A DNA stretch of 64,000 nucleotides from Nitrosopumilus sp. (GCA_965207075.1 CBDBLO010000002.1:1760001-1824000), one strand, 5' to 3'; positions 1 through 9,928 are shown, numbered from the stretch's first letter. Translations and numbers: made by a program. The notes: a model not told the origin generated them from the sequence alone.

Positions 1-1
1 A

Positions 2-814
2 AAGGAGACGGCCTCGCTTGTCAAGTATGACAAGGAGATCACCACGTTGGAATCGGCCATCGCAAGCGCGCCAGCAGACGACGAGATCGGGCCGCTCGTT
101 TCAAGGGTGGCAGAACTGAACTCGCAGCGGGGAGCGTTGCAGGAGGAGATGAACCACATGGAAGAGAAGATATCCAGCAACAGGGCCCTGCTGCAACATA
201 TCGACACGAAGATGCGCGACCTAGTATCAAGGGCGTACAAGGGCAAGAAGACAAAGGAGCAGATACGCCTCACGCACGAGGTGCAAGAGGTGTTGGAGGA
301 GTTCACAGACAGGCTGAGAGTCAAAAAGATACGACTCCTTGAGCAATATCTGCTTGACGCGACCGGAATCCTGCTGCACAAGAAGAACCTGATTCACCGG
401 ATAGGCATAGACTCAAAGTCGTTTGAGATTACCATATACGACCGGGACGGCAAGATCAAGCCAAAGGACATGCTCTCCGAGGGTGAAAAGCAGATGTTTG
501 CGACGTCCGTTTTGTGGGCTCTTGCAAAGACGTCCGGCAGGCCGCTGCCGTTTATGATCGACACGCCGCTTGCGAGGCTGGATGCCGAACACAGGGCAAG
601 TATTGTCGGGAGGTTCCTGCCTGCGGCATCACACCAGACCCTAGTGTTCTCCACAGACACAGAGATCGAGAAACCAGAGTACGATGCGATGTCTGCCCAC
701 ATGACAAAGTCATACCTGCTTGCGTTTGACGAGGATGCCGGCTCCACGTCGCCGCGCAACGGATACTTTTGGGACCTGAATACGAAGGAGGATGACAAAA
801 TTGCCGCGGTTTAG
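2..814 (+). CDS. dndD: DNA sulfur modification ATPase DndD (5'-truncated by window edge)
   Basis: Coiled coil followed by SMC/ABC signature LSEGEKQ and Walker B/D-loop FMIDTPLARLD..HR; overlaps dndE. Confidence 0.9.
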   Translation, partial: KETASLVKYDKEITTLESAIASAPADDEIGPLVSRVAELNSQRGALQEEMNHMEEKISSNRALLQHIDTKMRDLVSRAYKGKKTKEQIRLTHEVQEVLEEFTDRLRVKKIRLLEQYLLDATGILLHKKNLIHRIGIDSKSFEITIYDRDGKIKPKDMLSEGEKQMFATSVLWALAKTSGRPLPFMIDTPLARLDAEHRASIVGRFLPAASHQTLVFSTDTEIEKPEYDAMSAHMTKSYLLAFDEDAGSTSPRNGYFWDLNTKEDDKIAAV

Positions 815-1184
815 CAGACTGCGCATGAGCTACCGCTCGCAGAACCTGCTTGCGCAGCTAAAGTCTAGAACGGGCCTGACTCCAAACATTACCGGCAGGT
901 TTGCTATATGCATGTCCTTGAACAACCCGTCCGTGCCAAACCCCGACGAGTTTGACGAAAAGGGATCGGAGATACACCCCTCCGTGTTGTTTGGCGAGTA
1001 CGAGGACGTGTTCATGGCCCTGATGATACAGAGGCTCAACCGCGACAGACTGGACCACAAGACATACCTGAACCGCATGACGCGCGCCCACTTTAACAGG
1101 GGTGCGATAGCGCTGTTTGCCCGCATACACGACCTGGCAGATATTGAGAGGATCATAGACGAGGAGCGAAATGCCGCTGACTGA
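792..1184 (+). CDS. dndE: DNA sulfur modification protein DndE
   Basis: 130 aa; LKSRTGLTPNITGRFAICMSL and RAHFNRG match the DndE pattern; lies between dndD and a cysteine desulfurase. Confidence 0.9.
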   Translation: MTKLPRFSRLRMSYRSQNLLAQLKSRTGLTPNITGRFAICMSLNNPSVPNPDEFDEKGSEIHPSVLFGEYEDVFMALMIQRLNRDRLDHKTYLNRMTRAHFNRGAIALFARIHDLADIERIIDEERNAAD

Positions 1185-2352
1185 TGTCGCCCACCCGATA
1201 TACATGGATTACCACGCTACGACGCCGCTTGACCGACGCGTACTAGACGAGATGATGCCGTACTTTGCAGAAAAGTTTGGCAACGCGTCGAGCCTGGACC
1301 ATCCGTACGGACACGATGCATCTGTGGTGGTGGAGACTGCAAGGGAGCGGCTTGCCAGCCTGATAGGCGCTAGGCAGGGCCACGAGATCGTGTTTACGAG
1401 CGGCGCCACGGAATCTGACAATCTGGCATTAACAGGTGTTATGGAGGCGTATGCGGACAGGGGGAACCACATGATTACGTGCGTGACGGAGCACAAGGCG
1501 GTCCTTGACACCGCCAAGCATCTCGAATCTAGGGGGAAGAAGGTTACGTATCTGCCGGTCGACCGACACGGGCATGTCTCCACATCGGACATCAGGGACG
1601 CCATTACCGACAAGACCGTGCTGATATCCATAATGACGGCAAACAACGAGATCGGAACCATAGCAGACATCAAGACGATTGGAGATGTGGCGCATGATCA
1701 CAACGTGCTGTTCCATACGGACGCGGCCCAGGCAGTGGGGCACATTCCAGTCAACGTCCAAGACATGAACATCGACCTGATGTCGTTCTCATCGCACAAG
1801 ATGTGCGGACCAAAGGGGATAGGGGCCCTCTATATCAGGGCCATAAAGCCGAGGGTGCGGATCCTGCCGTCAATGTATGGAGGAGGCCAGGAACGTAGCA
1901 TGCGCCCCGGAACCCTAAACGTGCCAGGCATAGTCGGGTTTGGAAAGGCGGCCGAGATAGCGCAAAAAGAGATGCCAGATGAAAACAAGCGATTCCAGAA
2001 GTGGTCGGCCAAGATTATCGACGCCCTCTCAAAGACGGCCGGGGCGGTGCACAACGGCGACCCGGACAAAAGACTTCCTCACAACATCAGCCTCACGTTT
2101 CCGGGAATAGACGGCAAGGCCATCATCAATTCCATATCAGAACGTATCGCAATATCCGCAGGATCCGCATGCACCACCCAGACAGTCAAACCATCACACG
2201 TGCTGCTGGCGTTGGGCATGGGCACAGAAGACGCGCATTCGTCCATACGGATCGGACTTGGAAGATTCAACACCGAAGCAGAGGTGGGACATGTCATAGA
2301 CGCAATCTCGGGAGCGGTAAAGGATCTGAGGAGAATAAGCACACCTACATGA
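1171..2352 (+). CDS. dndA: Cysteine desulfurase DndA/IscS
   Basis: YMDYHATTP, FTSGATESDN, HTDAAQ, SSHK (PLP lysine), SAGSACT (catalytic Cys); overlaps dndE. Confidence 0.9.
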   Translation: MPLTDVAHPIYMDYHATTPLDRRVLDEMMPYFAEKFGNASSLDHPYGHDASVVVETARERLASLIGARQGHEIVFTSGATESDNLALTGVMEAYADRGNHMITCVTEHKAVLDTAKHLESRGKKVTYLPVDRHGHVSTSDIRDAITDKTVLISIMTANNEIGTIADIKTIGDVAHDHNVLFHTDAAQAVGHIPVNVQDMNIDLMSFSSHKMCGPKGIGALYIRAIKPRVRILPSMYGGGQERSMRPGTLNVPGIVGFGKAAEIAQKEMPDENKRFQKWSAKIIDALSKTAGAVHNGDPDKRLPHNISLTFPGIDGKAIINSISERIAISAGSACTTQTVKPSHVLLALGMGTEDAHSSIRIGLGRFNTEAEVGHVIDAISGAVKDLRRISTPT

Positions 2353-2562
2353 CGCGATCCAAGGATGTAAGGATGTCTTGAAATACGAATAGGCTGTTAC
2401 GTAAGTCACGTCACAATCCGGTCGTGTGTTTGGTCACAAGAGGCTCGCACGATACCGCTGTGATCCTTCACTGTATGATCTTGTTATTGCTGTGCCTTTG
2501 GGAGACTGAAATGAGAGAAAAATAGTAAAAAACAACGACCCATAGAACAAATTGATCGACAT

Positions 2563-3945
2563 ATGTCGCACACAAATGACCCCGCAAGCAGGTTCAACCA
2601 GCTTGTTGAAGAGGCGCTTGACCTGGTAAAGTCCCACCCAGACGGCATCTACATGAAGGATCTGAAGTCCCTGCTGAACGCCTCTGCTGTGAAGATGGAC
2701 GGCATTGCCACAAGATTCAGAAGAATGACCAACATGACCGTAACAGAGGTTCGGCGTGACGGACAGCGACCTGATCTTTTGTTCAAATACGCGAGGCTTC
2801 CAACTGAGGACACTTTCAAACCCTCTCCACATACAGACACCACTTCAGCGAGCAGGTTCAACCAGCTTGTTGAAGAGGCGCTTGACCTGGTAAAGTCCCA
2901 CCCAGACGGCATCTACATGAAGGATCTGAAGTCCCTGCTGAACGCCTCTGCTGTGAAGATGGACGGCATTGCCACAAGATTCAGAAGAATGACCAACATG
3001 ACCGTAACAGAGGTTCGGCGTGACGGACAGCGACCTGATCTTTTGTTCAAGTACGCGAAGCATCAAGCTGAGTGCATACCCGAAAGCCGTCCTGAGGTTG
3101 AACTTGCTGAAAACGCCATAGGCAAAGACATTCCGAGCACGCAAGTCAAAAATTCCTTAGAAGAGTTGGCACAACAGATGTTAGACGAGTATTATGCAAG
3201 TCAAAAAACCATAGACAAAGATCTGCAAAAGAAGCTTACTGTGGAATTTCTTCGCGTTGGCTCGGTTAATGCTATGGTAAAGAAATATCCAAACATACCA
3301 AAAGAGACGATCAAGATCCACATACGAACCCCCCTCCGTCTGCCAAAGAAACTGCGAGCGCTCAACGAAGACGGACTTCACACAGACCCGCAGATCTCAC
3401 TTCAGATTGCGCTTTTTGCTGTGAATCGGCATGACTGGGACAGCGATGATGGGGACACAGAAGATGTATTGCAAACCGCCGAAGGGATTTCAAGACATCT
3501 GAGTGTTGCCTCCCGTGACGGTGGAGATACACTACGAAGCCATACGCATCAAAAAGACATTGCGCCGCCAACAGCACCCATATCTACGCCCAAGGCGGTA
3601 TGGATTGCGGTTGCAACTCTGCATAAGGAACGTGGACTGAAGATGACGTTTTCAACCAACCAGATAATAGAAAGGATCAGGGAACAAAATCTGTGCAATG
3701 TATCTGATTCTACTATTGTGACACATGTTTCGTCTCACTGTGTTGCAAACAGTCCTGCCGCAATCGAATACCCACATCGAAAGACATACCGCGTTGGGCA
3801 CGGCATGTACAGACTCTACAAGAAAGGAGATCCTTGTCACCCTACAAGGGAATCAGGTTCAATCGCTCCTCTTCCGTTTCAGCTCCCACGCAAGTACAAG
3901 GATCTCAGGCGGTGGTACGACGAGGAATACTGTGCTCAAGCGTGA
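2563..3945 (+). CDS. Multi-domain putative DNA-binding protein (two tandem N-terminal wHTH-like repeats, C-terminal wHTH-like domain)
   Basis: 460-aa ORF; duplicated ~70-aa module; C-terminal 'FSTNQIIERI...STIVTHVSSHCVANSP...YRVGHGMYRLY' resembles a winged helix. Confidence 0.6.
   Translation: MSHTNDPASRFNQLVEEALDLVKSHPDGIYMKDLKSLLNASAVKMDGIATRFRRMTNMTVTEVRRDGQRPDLLFKYARLPTEDTFKPSPHTDTTSASRFNQLVEEALDLVKSHPDGIYMKDLKSLLNASAVKMDGIATRFRRMTNMTVTEVRRDGQRPDLLFKYAKHQAECIPESRPEVELAENAIGKDIPSTQVKNSLEELAQQMLDEYYASQKTIDKDLQKKLTVEFLRVGSVNAMVKKYPNIPKETIKIHIRTPLRLPKKLRALNEDGLHTDPQISLQIALFAVNRHDWDSDDGDTEDVLQTAEGISRHLSVASRDGGDTLRSHTHQKDIAPPTAPISTPKAVWIAVATLHKERGLKMTFSTNQIIERIREQNLCNVSDSTIVTHVSSHCVANSPAAIEYPHRKTYRVGHGMYRLYKKGDPCHPTRESGSIAPLPFQLPRKYKDLRRWYDEEYCAQA
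2587..3050 (+). repeat. Exact 200-bp direct repeat inside the ORF (2587-2786 = 2851-3050, 264-bp offset)
   Basis: Read directly from the sequence. Confidence 0.95.
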
Positions 3946-4994
3946 ACATTGTAAGGAGGCCTGTACTCGGTTTTGATGTTTGGAAACTTCTGTTCAATCA
4001 GCTTGGCAAGCTGCTTGGCATACGAGCTCCTGGAATAATCGGTGACTACGCATTTCGGGTTTACCGACTCAATGTACTGGTATATTTTGTTTATTGATGC
4101 GTGAGCCGCCAAGTTGAACCTGCACCCGCCTTCAAACGGGATTATCGGCGCATCGGACTTTGTAAATCTGTACTGGTCGACAATTATTTTGTGCAACGAA
4201 CGTAACTGTTCGTCAAGTATGCTGGAGGTGGAAAATATTACGCATTTTTTGCTGTTGTTTATCAGAGCCCAATAGTCGTGTGATCCGTATTCCACGATGT
4301 CACGGAACCTGTCCTTCTCGGCACGGTAGATACTAAGCAGTACTTTTTTTTGTCGCTCTTCCATGACAAATGCGATGTTACTGTCCATCTTCTTGCCGTA
4401 GCCAACCTCAAAGTGACGCACGATCTCTTGGAGTGTCCCAGAGTGCCCCTGGACGACTATCTGCGGGCGCGACTCCAAGTACTCCTCGACATACTCGAAC
4501 ATGCGATTCTTGACAGAATGCCTGTCTGTCTTTCCGTCATACCACGGATCCCCGTGGCTTGAGTCGATTACCAAGTGATCCGCCTGCCTGATCTGCACGT
4601 CCGGGTACCCGAAGTCTCCAGAGTACAGCATGGTTTTCCCGTCCGACTCGACGTATATCTGAGAAGAACCGGGTATGTGGTTTGCTTTTAGCAGCCTCAG
4701 AGTTCCGGCATCAAACTTGTACTCCGTGTCATAGTCCTGTGGAACCCACTGCTCCCTGTACCTCATCCCGGGATGTAGCGCGTTTATGCCTTCGAAGGTT
4801 ATTGGGTGTATTATGAGCACGTTGTATGATGCTATGCATGACGGGATACTTCTTATGTGATCGTCGTGAAAGTGAGAAAACGCGCCAATCAGCATTCCCT
4901 CCATGTATCCGTCGCACGATACTCCGTCAAGCCGGATGGTACAGTTTCTTGCAGAGTTGTCGTTGCAGACAACATCTATGACCCGCTCATTCAA
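3936..4994 (-). CDS. MBL-fold beta-CASP family nuclease
   Basis: SHFHDDH (HxHxDH), ANHIPGS, YSGDF and C-terminal AAHAS motifs; probable TTG start overlaps the upstream stop. Confidence 0.8.
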   Translation of the reverse strand: MNERVIDVVCNDNSARNCTIRLDGVSCDGYMEGMLIGAFSHFHDDHIRSIPSCIASYNVLIIHPITFEGINALHPGMRYREQWVPQDYDTEYKFDAGTLRLLKANHIPGSSQIYVESDGKTMLYSGDFGYPDVQIRQADHLVIDSSHGDPWYDGKTDRHSVKNRMFEYVEEYLESRPQIVVQGHSGTLQEIVRHFEVGYGKKMDSNIAFVMEERQKKVLLSIYRAEKDRFRDIVEYGSHDYWALINNSKKCVIFSTSSILDEQLRSLHKIIVDQYRFTKSDAPIIPFEGGCRFNLAAHASINKIYQYIESVNPKCVVTDYSRSSYAKQLAKLIEQKFPNIKTEYRPPYNVHA

Positions 4995-5772
4995 TCCTGC
5001 TCTCCAAAAACCCATCCAGAAACTTTGTGTATGACGAACCCTTTTTGTATTGGTGCTCGTAGAACGGTCCATATGCATCCTCGTCCATGGATATTGCCAT
5101 GACGGACTTGCCAACGTTGATGTCGTAGAATTCACCTCCCAAACCGCTCCGCAGCATGGCAAGTAGCTTTTCCCCATAGTCTGGGTTTGACTCTATGAAT
5201 CGGCGCAGTCTGTCATGGACCTCGACTACAATCATGTGGGTCACTACGGTCACCGGTTTTAGCTGGAGAACCTTCTCTATACACTCCCTTATGGATAGAT
5301 CCGGATTTTCCTTGCGCCATTTCTTTATTCGTTTAATGTCCTCCTTGCCGAGGATCCGTCTTTTGTTCTTGGAACTCAGTATGGACTGTATGATTAAGTC
5401 TTGATCCTCCGGAGTCATGGTTGAGAGCTGTGATATTGTCGAGAAGGGAATGAGCGGATACTCGTCAGTTGACCACCCCGCCATCTCTCTGCTTTTTGGT
5501 GACACCTTGAGCAGGTTTAGAAACGAGGTTATCTGAGACGTGTCACGTGGCTTGTACATATTTGACATGTCCTTCTGCTTGCCTAGGTTCAACCTCTCGG
5601 CAACCTTGTCTAGACTCTCGCCTTCCTCATCTATGAGGCGCTGGATGTACTCTGCACATTGAACTGGTGACAGTGGGCGCGTTCTGCCAGAACCCAACCC
5701 CTGCTGCCCCACACTGTTTAAGAGCTTGGAGTATGTTTGTACATCCATCACAAGCTTGCTTAATTCAATCAC
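4987..5772 (-). CDS. ParB-like HTH protein lacking the N-terminal CTPase domain
   Basis: LSPVQCAEYIQRLIDEEGESLDKVAERLNL..SQITSFLNLLKV parallels the ParB/Spo0J HTH region. Confidence 0.55.
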   Translation of the reverse strand: MIELSKLVMDVQTYSKLLNSVGQQGLGSGRTRPLSPVQCAEYIQRLIDEEGESLDKVAERLNLGKQKDMSNMYKPRDTSQITSFLNLLKVSPKSREMAGWSTDEYPLIPFSTISQLSTMTPEDQDLIIQSILSSKNKRRILGKEDIKRIKKWRKENPDLSIRECIEKVLQLKPVTVVTHMIVVEVHDRLRRFIESNPDYGEKLLAMLRSGLGGEFYDINVGKSVMAISMDEDAYGPFYEHQYKKGSSYTKFLDGFLESRIE

Positions 5773-6619
5773 CTATCTGGGTATAATCCCTTTCCACGCC
5801 TTCTACAACGTACTGGGTCGCGCGCGCCTTTTCGGTGTCGCCGCTGGACTCTGAGACCTTTTGGAGCTTTTCGGCAGTCTCTGTGGACAGATCAATATTC
5901 ATCTTTGTCTTGAGTTTCTGTCTCTTTGCTGCGCGCGCCTCCATGTCGCCTATGCTGCCTCCGCGCGCGGCTTCTGCGGCAAGGTCTGCAGGTTCAATCT
6001 CAGGTCTTGCCATCGCCTTTGCCATCTCCAACACGCGGTCTTCAGGGACCGAACCGTTTTTTGTATACTGTAGCGCGTCAACTGCACGAAGGGCGGCATT
6101 CTCTGCTTTCTTTGGGTTGTGGTGAATCTCGCCCTCCTGGATTGCCGTCTTTAGTGTTTCGGGAAGTCTTGCGAGCCGGACGTACTTGTCTACCATCCGC
6201 TTGCTGATGCCAAACTCCTGCCGCACCATCTCATAGTCGCCGTATACGTTGTAAAGATCCGTTACCGCCTTTATCAGATCCGGGTTGGTCATGGGAAGCT
6301 GCGTGATGTTCTCTGCGAGGGAGAGCGCCTTCTTTTTCTCATCGGTCTCTGGTTCTGGTATTACCTTGCACTGGATCTTGTCAAATCCTTCCTCGGGATA
6401 CTTGTCGTTGAGGTAGTGGTGCGCGTTCAGTCTTCTCTGTCCAGTAAGGATCACATAGCAGGATTGTCCCGAATCATAATACGCGGCAATTGGCTGCAAC
6501 AATCCGTTTGCCCTGATGTTTTCTGCCAAGTCTTCTATTCCCTGATCGATGTCGTGAATGCGCACGTTGTGCTTTTGAACCTTGATGTTATCTAACGAGA
6601 TATCCTTGAATTCGGCCAT
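5765..6619 (-). CDS. ParB/Srx N-terminal domain protein with HTH and possible C-terminal RHH
   Basis: IEDLAENIRANGLLQPI, ILTGQRRLNA, SLAENITQLPM; start estimated at MAEFKDI. Confidence 0.85.
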   Translation of the reverse strand: MAEFKDISLDNIKVQKHNVRIHDIDQGIEDLAENIRANGLLQPIAAYYDSGQSCYVILTGQRRLNAHHYLNDKYPEEGFDKIQCKVIPEPETDEKKKALSLAENITQLPMTNPDLIKAVTDLYNVYGDYEMVRQEFGISKRMVDKYVRLARLPETLKTAIQEGEIHHNPKKAENAALRAVDALQYTKNGSVPEDRVLEMAKAMARPEIEPADLAAEAARGGSIGDMEARAAKRQKLKTKMNIDLSTETAEKLQKVSESSGDTEKARATQYVVEGVERDYTQIGD

Positions 6620-6931
6620 TGTAAACGAACGGGGGTTTACAAATAAAAGCATTTTCTTGAAGATTGCGTAACCGTTCGATTCCTCCCAAAGTTTAGGCAC
6701 GAATTTCATAATCTGGCTTCTCTCAGGCATAAGGGTTGAGTGGTTACCAGATTGCCATGTCTGGATTGCAACAATTCCCCCTCCGCGCCTCACTCCCTTG
6801 TTGACACGTGGGCTCCTACTGTACCATTGTCCCCCTAGATGCAAATGGGGCAGAAAGGAAGTAGTTGCTCACGTACGTGAGTCTCCAGTCTGACTCCCGT
6901 ATGAACTACCGCGTTCACCATGGATTAAGGT

Positions 6932-7708
6932 TTAGCCCAAGATTATCTCGCATGCTACGAGTCCATACGATAGAACCACCTTGTGCTTTTTTTGTATGGT
7001 GCCGATCAGGCTCTTTTTTTCTTCTTCAAGGGCATCCATCTCGTCTGCCACTTGAAAGCGGAATTCGCGCGCCTTGTCAGAGTCGACGGATCCCCTGTCT
7101 TTGCGGTTTATGGATTCGTCGAGCTCACGTACGCGAAGATCATACTTTTCTGTAAACAATCGTACATCGTCGCCGAATCTCTGGTTTGCATCGCGTAGGA
7201 ATGCAAGGGACGCACCATCATGTCGTGTTTGCAATTCCTTTATGGCTGCACTATACGTTCTTGTGACTTCATCCGGACTCATCCAATCCAGCGAATGCGA
7301 GGCGCCATCATGATCTGAGATGCCTGCATCGGATCTTGTAGCCAACTCCACATCCACATGATCCAATGCGAGCATGTCTGACCGGCCCGAGAAGCGGATA
7401 AAGAAATGGTAGCGTATTGTGGCATTACTGTTACCGTTGGCCAAATTTCTTACTTTCACCGGGCCCTTGCCTGTGCAGATCTCGATAATCTGTGACAGAA
7501 TTCTGTTGCCCGGTGCCACTAACTCATAATCATGCCTTGATGCCGCATCACGATCGAACACGATACACAGCTCCCATGCTCTAAATGTGTGTCGATAGGA
7601 TTCTGGGACGCGTATCACGTAGGCCTCGTCGTCCGTGTTTACAATGTCCGCGTTGACTCCATTAAAGAACCCTAGGACAAGATCTCGTATGTCTTCTTGC
7701 ATGTTCAT
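6932..7708 (-). CDS. Hypothetical protein, YqhG-like partner of the SNF2 helicase
   Basis: ATGA overlap with the helicase; 'CIVFDRD..YELVAPGNRILSQI' and a C-terminal coiled coil; the pairing recalls Bacillus yqhH-yqhG. Confidence 0.5.
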   Translation of the reverse strand: MNMQEDIRDLVLGFFNGVNADIVNTDDEAYVIRVPESYRHTFRAWELCIVFDRDAASRHDYELVAPGNRILSQIIEICTGKGPVKVRNLANGNSNATIRYHFFIRFSGRSDMLALDHVDVELATRSDAGISDHDGASHSLDWMSPDEVTRTYSAAIKELQTRHDGASLAFLRDANQRFGDDVRLFTEKYDLRVRELDESINRKDRGSVDSDKAREFRFQVADEMDALEEEKKSLIGTIQKKHKVVLSYGLVACEIILG

Positions 7709-9471
7709 GACGCTTTCTCCTTTAGTACGGACAGGTCAAAGTTTCTAAACACGCCGGCGTTAAAATCCTGTATTGCATCGGCCGCTCTTTCTTTTTGGGC
7801 GTTCCAGTCGTCTCCTAGCGCAGAGAATCTGTTTCTCTGTTCCTGTTCGTTTGCCACGTCCATGTATTCTGTGAACCACGTACGCGGAGAGCCCCCCGCC
7901 CACGAGTCCTCAAACATGAGATCCATGTCGCCAAGCGCCATCCTGAATAGGTTGATCTTCATGTATAGCAGTTCAAGTATGTACGCCTCAATCGTGCCCG
8001 AGAGCGCGAGGTTGAATATGTGGACGTTGTCTTTCTGGCCTATCCTGTGAACTCGCCCTATCCTCTGTTCCACACGCATCGGGTTCCACGGCAGGTCGTA
8101 GTTTACGATATTGTGACAGAACTGAAAGTTCTGGCCTTCCCCACCCGCGCTTGTAGAGACCATGACACATGCGTCGTTCTTGAAGCTGGTTACAGATTCC
8201 CGCTTCTCTTCCGGGCTCATCCTACCGTTGAACAGCGTCACGGAATGTCCATTTTTTTGCAAATGCTCGGCGATATAATCTTGCGTAGCGTAAAACTCTG
8301 TGAATATCAGAAACTTTGATCTGCTGTTACCGATTATTCCCTGCAGTTCGGACAGCTTGGAGTCTTCCCGGATTGCAGACGCAGTTGACATGAGCTTCCG
8401 GTATATCTCCTCGGAGATCAGTCCGTTGCCTTTCATCTTGTAGAGAGCTCTCTTTGATGCCGCCGTGCTGCTTGATGCCAGTCTCTGATAAATCATCAGA
8501 GCAAGCGTATCGCCGCCAGCCTTGTACTGCGTCCTGACAATGTCTGTTATTGCATTATACAGACTGGATTCGTAATGGCGGGGAATGAGAATCCTTGTGT
8601 GAGGGATCCTGTCGGTGAATTTTATGTATCTTCTTGCTTCGTTGCGGGTTGTGCGTATGACGAATTTAGACAGGATTCTCTGCAGCTCGTCTCGCATTAA
8701 AGGCCGAATCTTTCTTGCTGCCGTGTCTGCGACATATTTGCTGCGAAACTGCGCCCACGTCCCAAGACATCCTGGGCGCAACAGCTCGATCAGATTGTAC
8801 ATCTCCTCGAGGTTGTTCTGAATGGGAGTGGCGGTGAGCAACAGTAGATTGCGCTTTGGAAGGCCTCGTACCAGCCTGTGCTTGTTCGTCGCTGCGTTTT
8901 TCATACTGTGGGCTTCGTCGACTATTACCATATCCCAGTACGTGGAGTGTAGCGGCACCGACTGTCTTGGATATATTGCAGAAGAATGAGACATCAGCAA
9001 AAGGTTATGGGATTGTATGTCTTGGGATTTGGAATCGTCGCGGTGTATAACAAAGTCCAGGTCAAACTTGCTTGACATCTCGTCCCGCCACTGGGGCAGA
9101 AGTGACGGGGGCGCAAGAATGAGTATGTTCTTGGCAAGTCCGGTGACTAGGAATTCCTTGATCAGTATGCCGGCTTCGACCGTTTTTCCCAGTCCTACCT
9201 CGTCCGCAAGTATGCCGGATCCACCAAGCTCGTTTTTGACCTTCTGTGCTGCTAGGATCTGGTGATCAAAGACGCTCACGTTTTCGCTTGTTTTGATTGA
9301 CTCTGCAATGGACAGCTCCTGCTCTCGCAGGTGGAGATGCAGATCGTACGCCTTTAGCGTGAGTGTTAAGAATTCTGGGTTTTGTGTCATACTGGTGCGT
9401 AGCCTGTCCTTTATGCCAAACTTGTCTGGAAATATAGTTCTGACATCTTCAATGTGCGGCGTTTCATTCAT
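7705..9471 (-). CDS. SNF2-family helicase (YqhH-like)
   Basis: LADEVGLGKT, DEAH, LTATPIQN, GGEGQNFQ, YDLPWNPMRVEQRIGRVHRIGQ. Confidence 0.92.
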   Translation of the reverse strand: MNETPHIEDVRTIFPDKFGIKDRLRTSMTQNPEFLTLTLKAYDLHLHLREQELSIAESIKTSENVSVFDHQILAAQKVKNELGGSGILADEVGLGKTVEAGILIKEFLVTGLAKNILILAPPSLLPQWRDEMSSKFDLDFVIHRDDSKSQDIQSHNLLLMSHSSAIYPRQSVPLHSTYWDMVIVDEAHSMKNAATNKHRLVRGLPKRNLLLLTATPIQNNLEEMYNLIELLRPGCLGTWAQFRSKYVADTAARKIRPLMRDELQRILSKFVIRTTRNEARRYIKFTDRIPHTRILIPRHYESSLYNAITDIVRTQYKAGGDTLALMIYQRLASSSTAASKRALYKMKGNGLISEEIYRKLMSTASAIREDSKLSELQGIIGNSRSKFLIFTEFYATQDYIAEHLQKNGHSVTLFNGRMSPEEKRESVTSFKNDACVMVSTSAGGEGQNFQFCHNIVNYDLPWNPMRVEQRIGRVHRIGQKDNVHIFNLALSGTIEAYILELLYMKINLFRMALGDMDLMFEDSWAGGSPRTWFTEYMDVANEQEQRNRFSALGDDWNAQKERAADAIQDFNAGVFRNFDLSVLKEKAS

Positions 9472-9928
9472 TAATTATACATCACAAACGTGCTATCTTA
9501 TACATTTGGGTAACGACATAGTATGGACCCAAGCCGTCTCAAACTCACATCTAGAAGCAAACACGGCCCTGTTGTTTCGCGCCCAAGACAACAGACGCCT
9601 GAATTCGTACCAAAAATAATACACTCACAATCACTCCACGTGATGTGATGCTCGTTGGGTAACAGAAAGAAGTACATAAAATATCCGGAATGCAATAGTC
9701 TTGGAGAAATCATACTAAAAATATATCGAAACAGAAGGCAAGACAATTACGCAAATGTTTGAGAACAAAAGAAACGACATACATCTAGGCCGCGCCTACG
9801 TGTACCTCCTGCGGACGAAGACCACTGTCTTGTGAGAACGACAATTGATAGGCATTCGGTCACCAACTGTTAACACAGAATAATCAAAGGTTCAAAGAAT
9901 TTATTACAAACTAATCGAAAAGTGATAT

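Noticed and set aside
5765-6619. Calling the ParB-like gene dndB
   Set aside because: The motif is TGQRR (ParB type), not the DGQHR motif typical of DndB
6660-6690. GTTCGATTCC tRNA T-loop-like motif
   Set aside because: No stems or cloverleaf around it
7705-9471. Calling the helicase pbeA
   Set aside because: No PLD/HKD domain is visible, and no pbeC-like ATPase is adjacent
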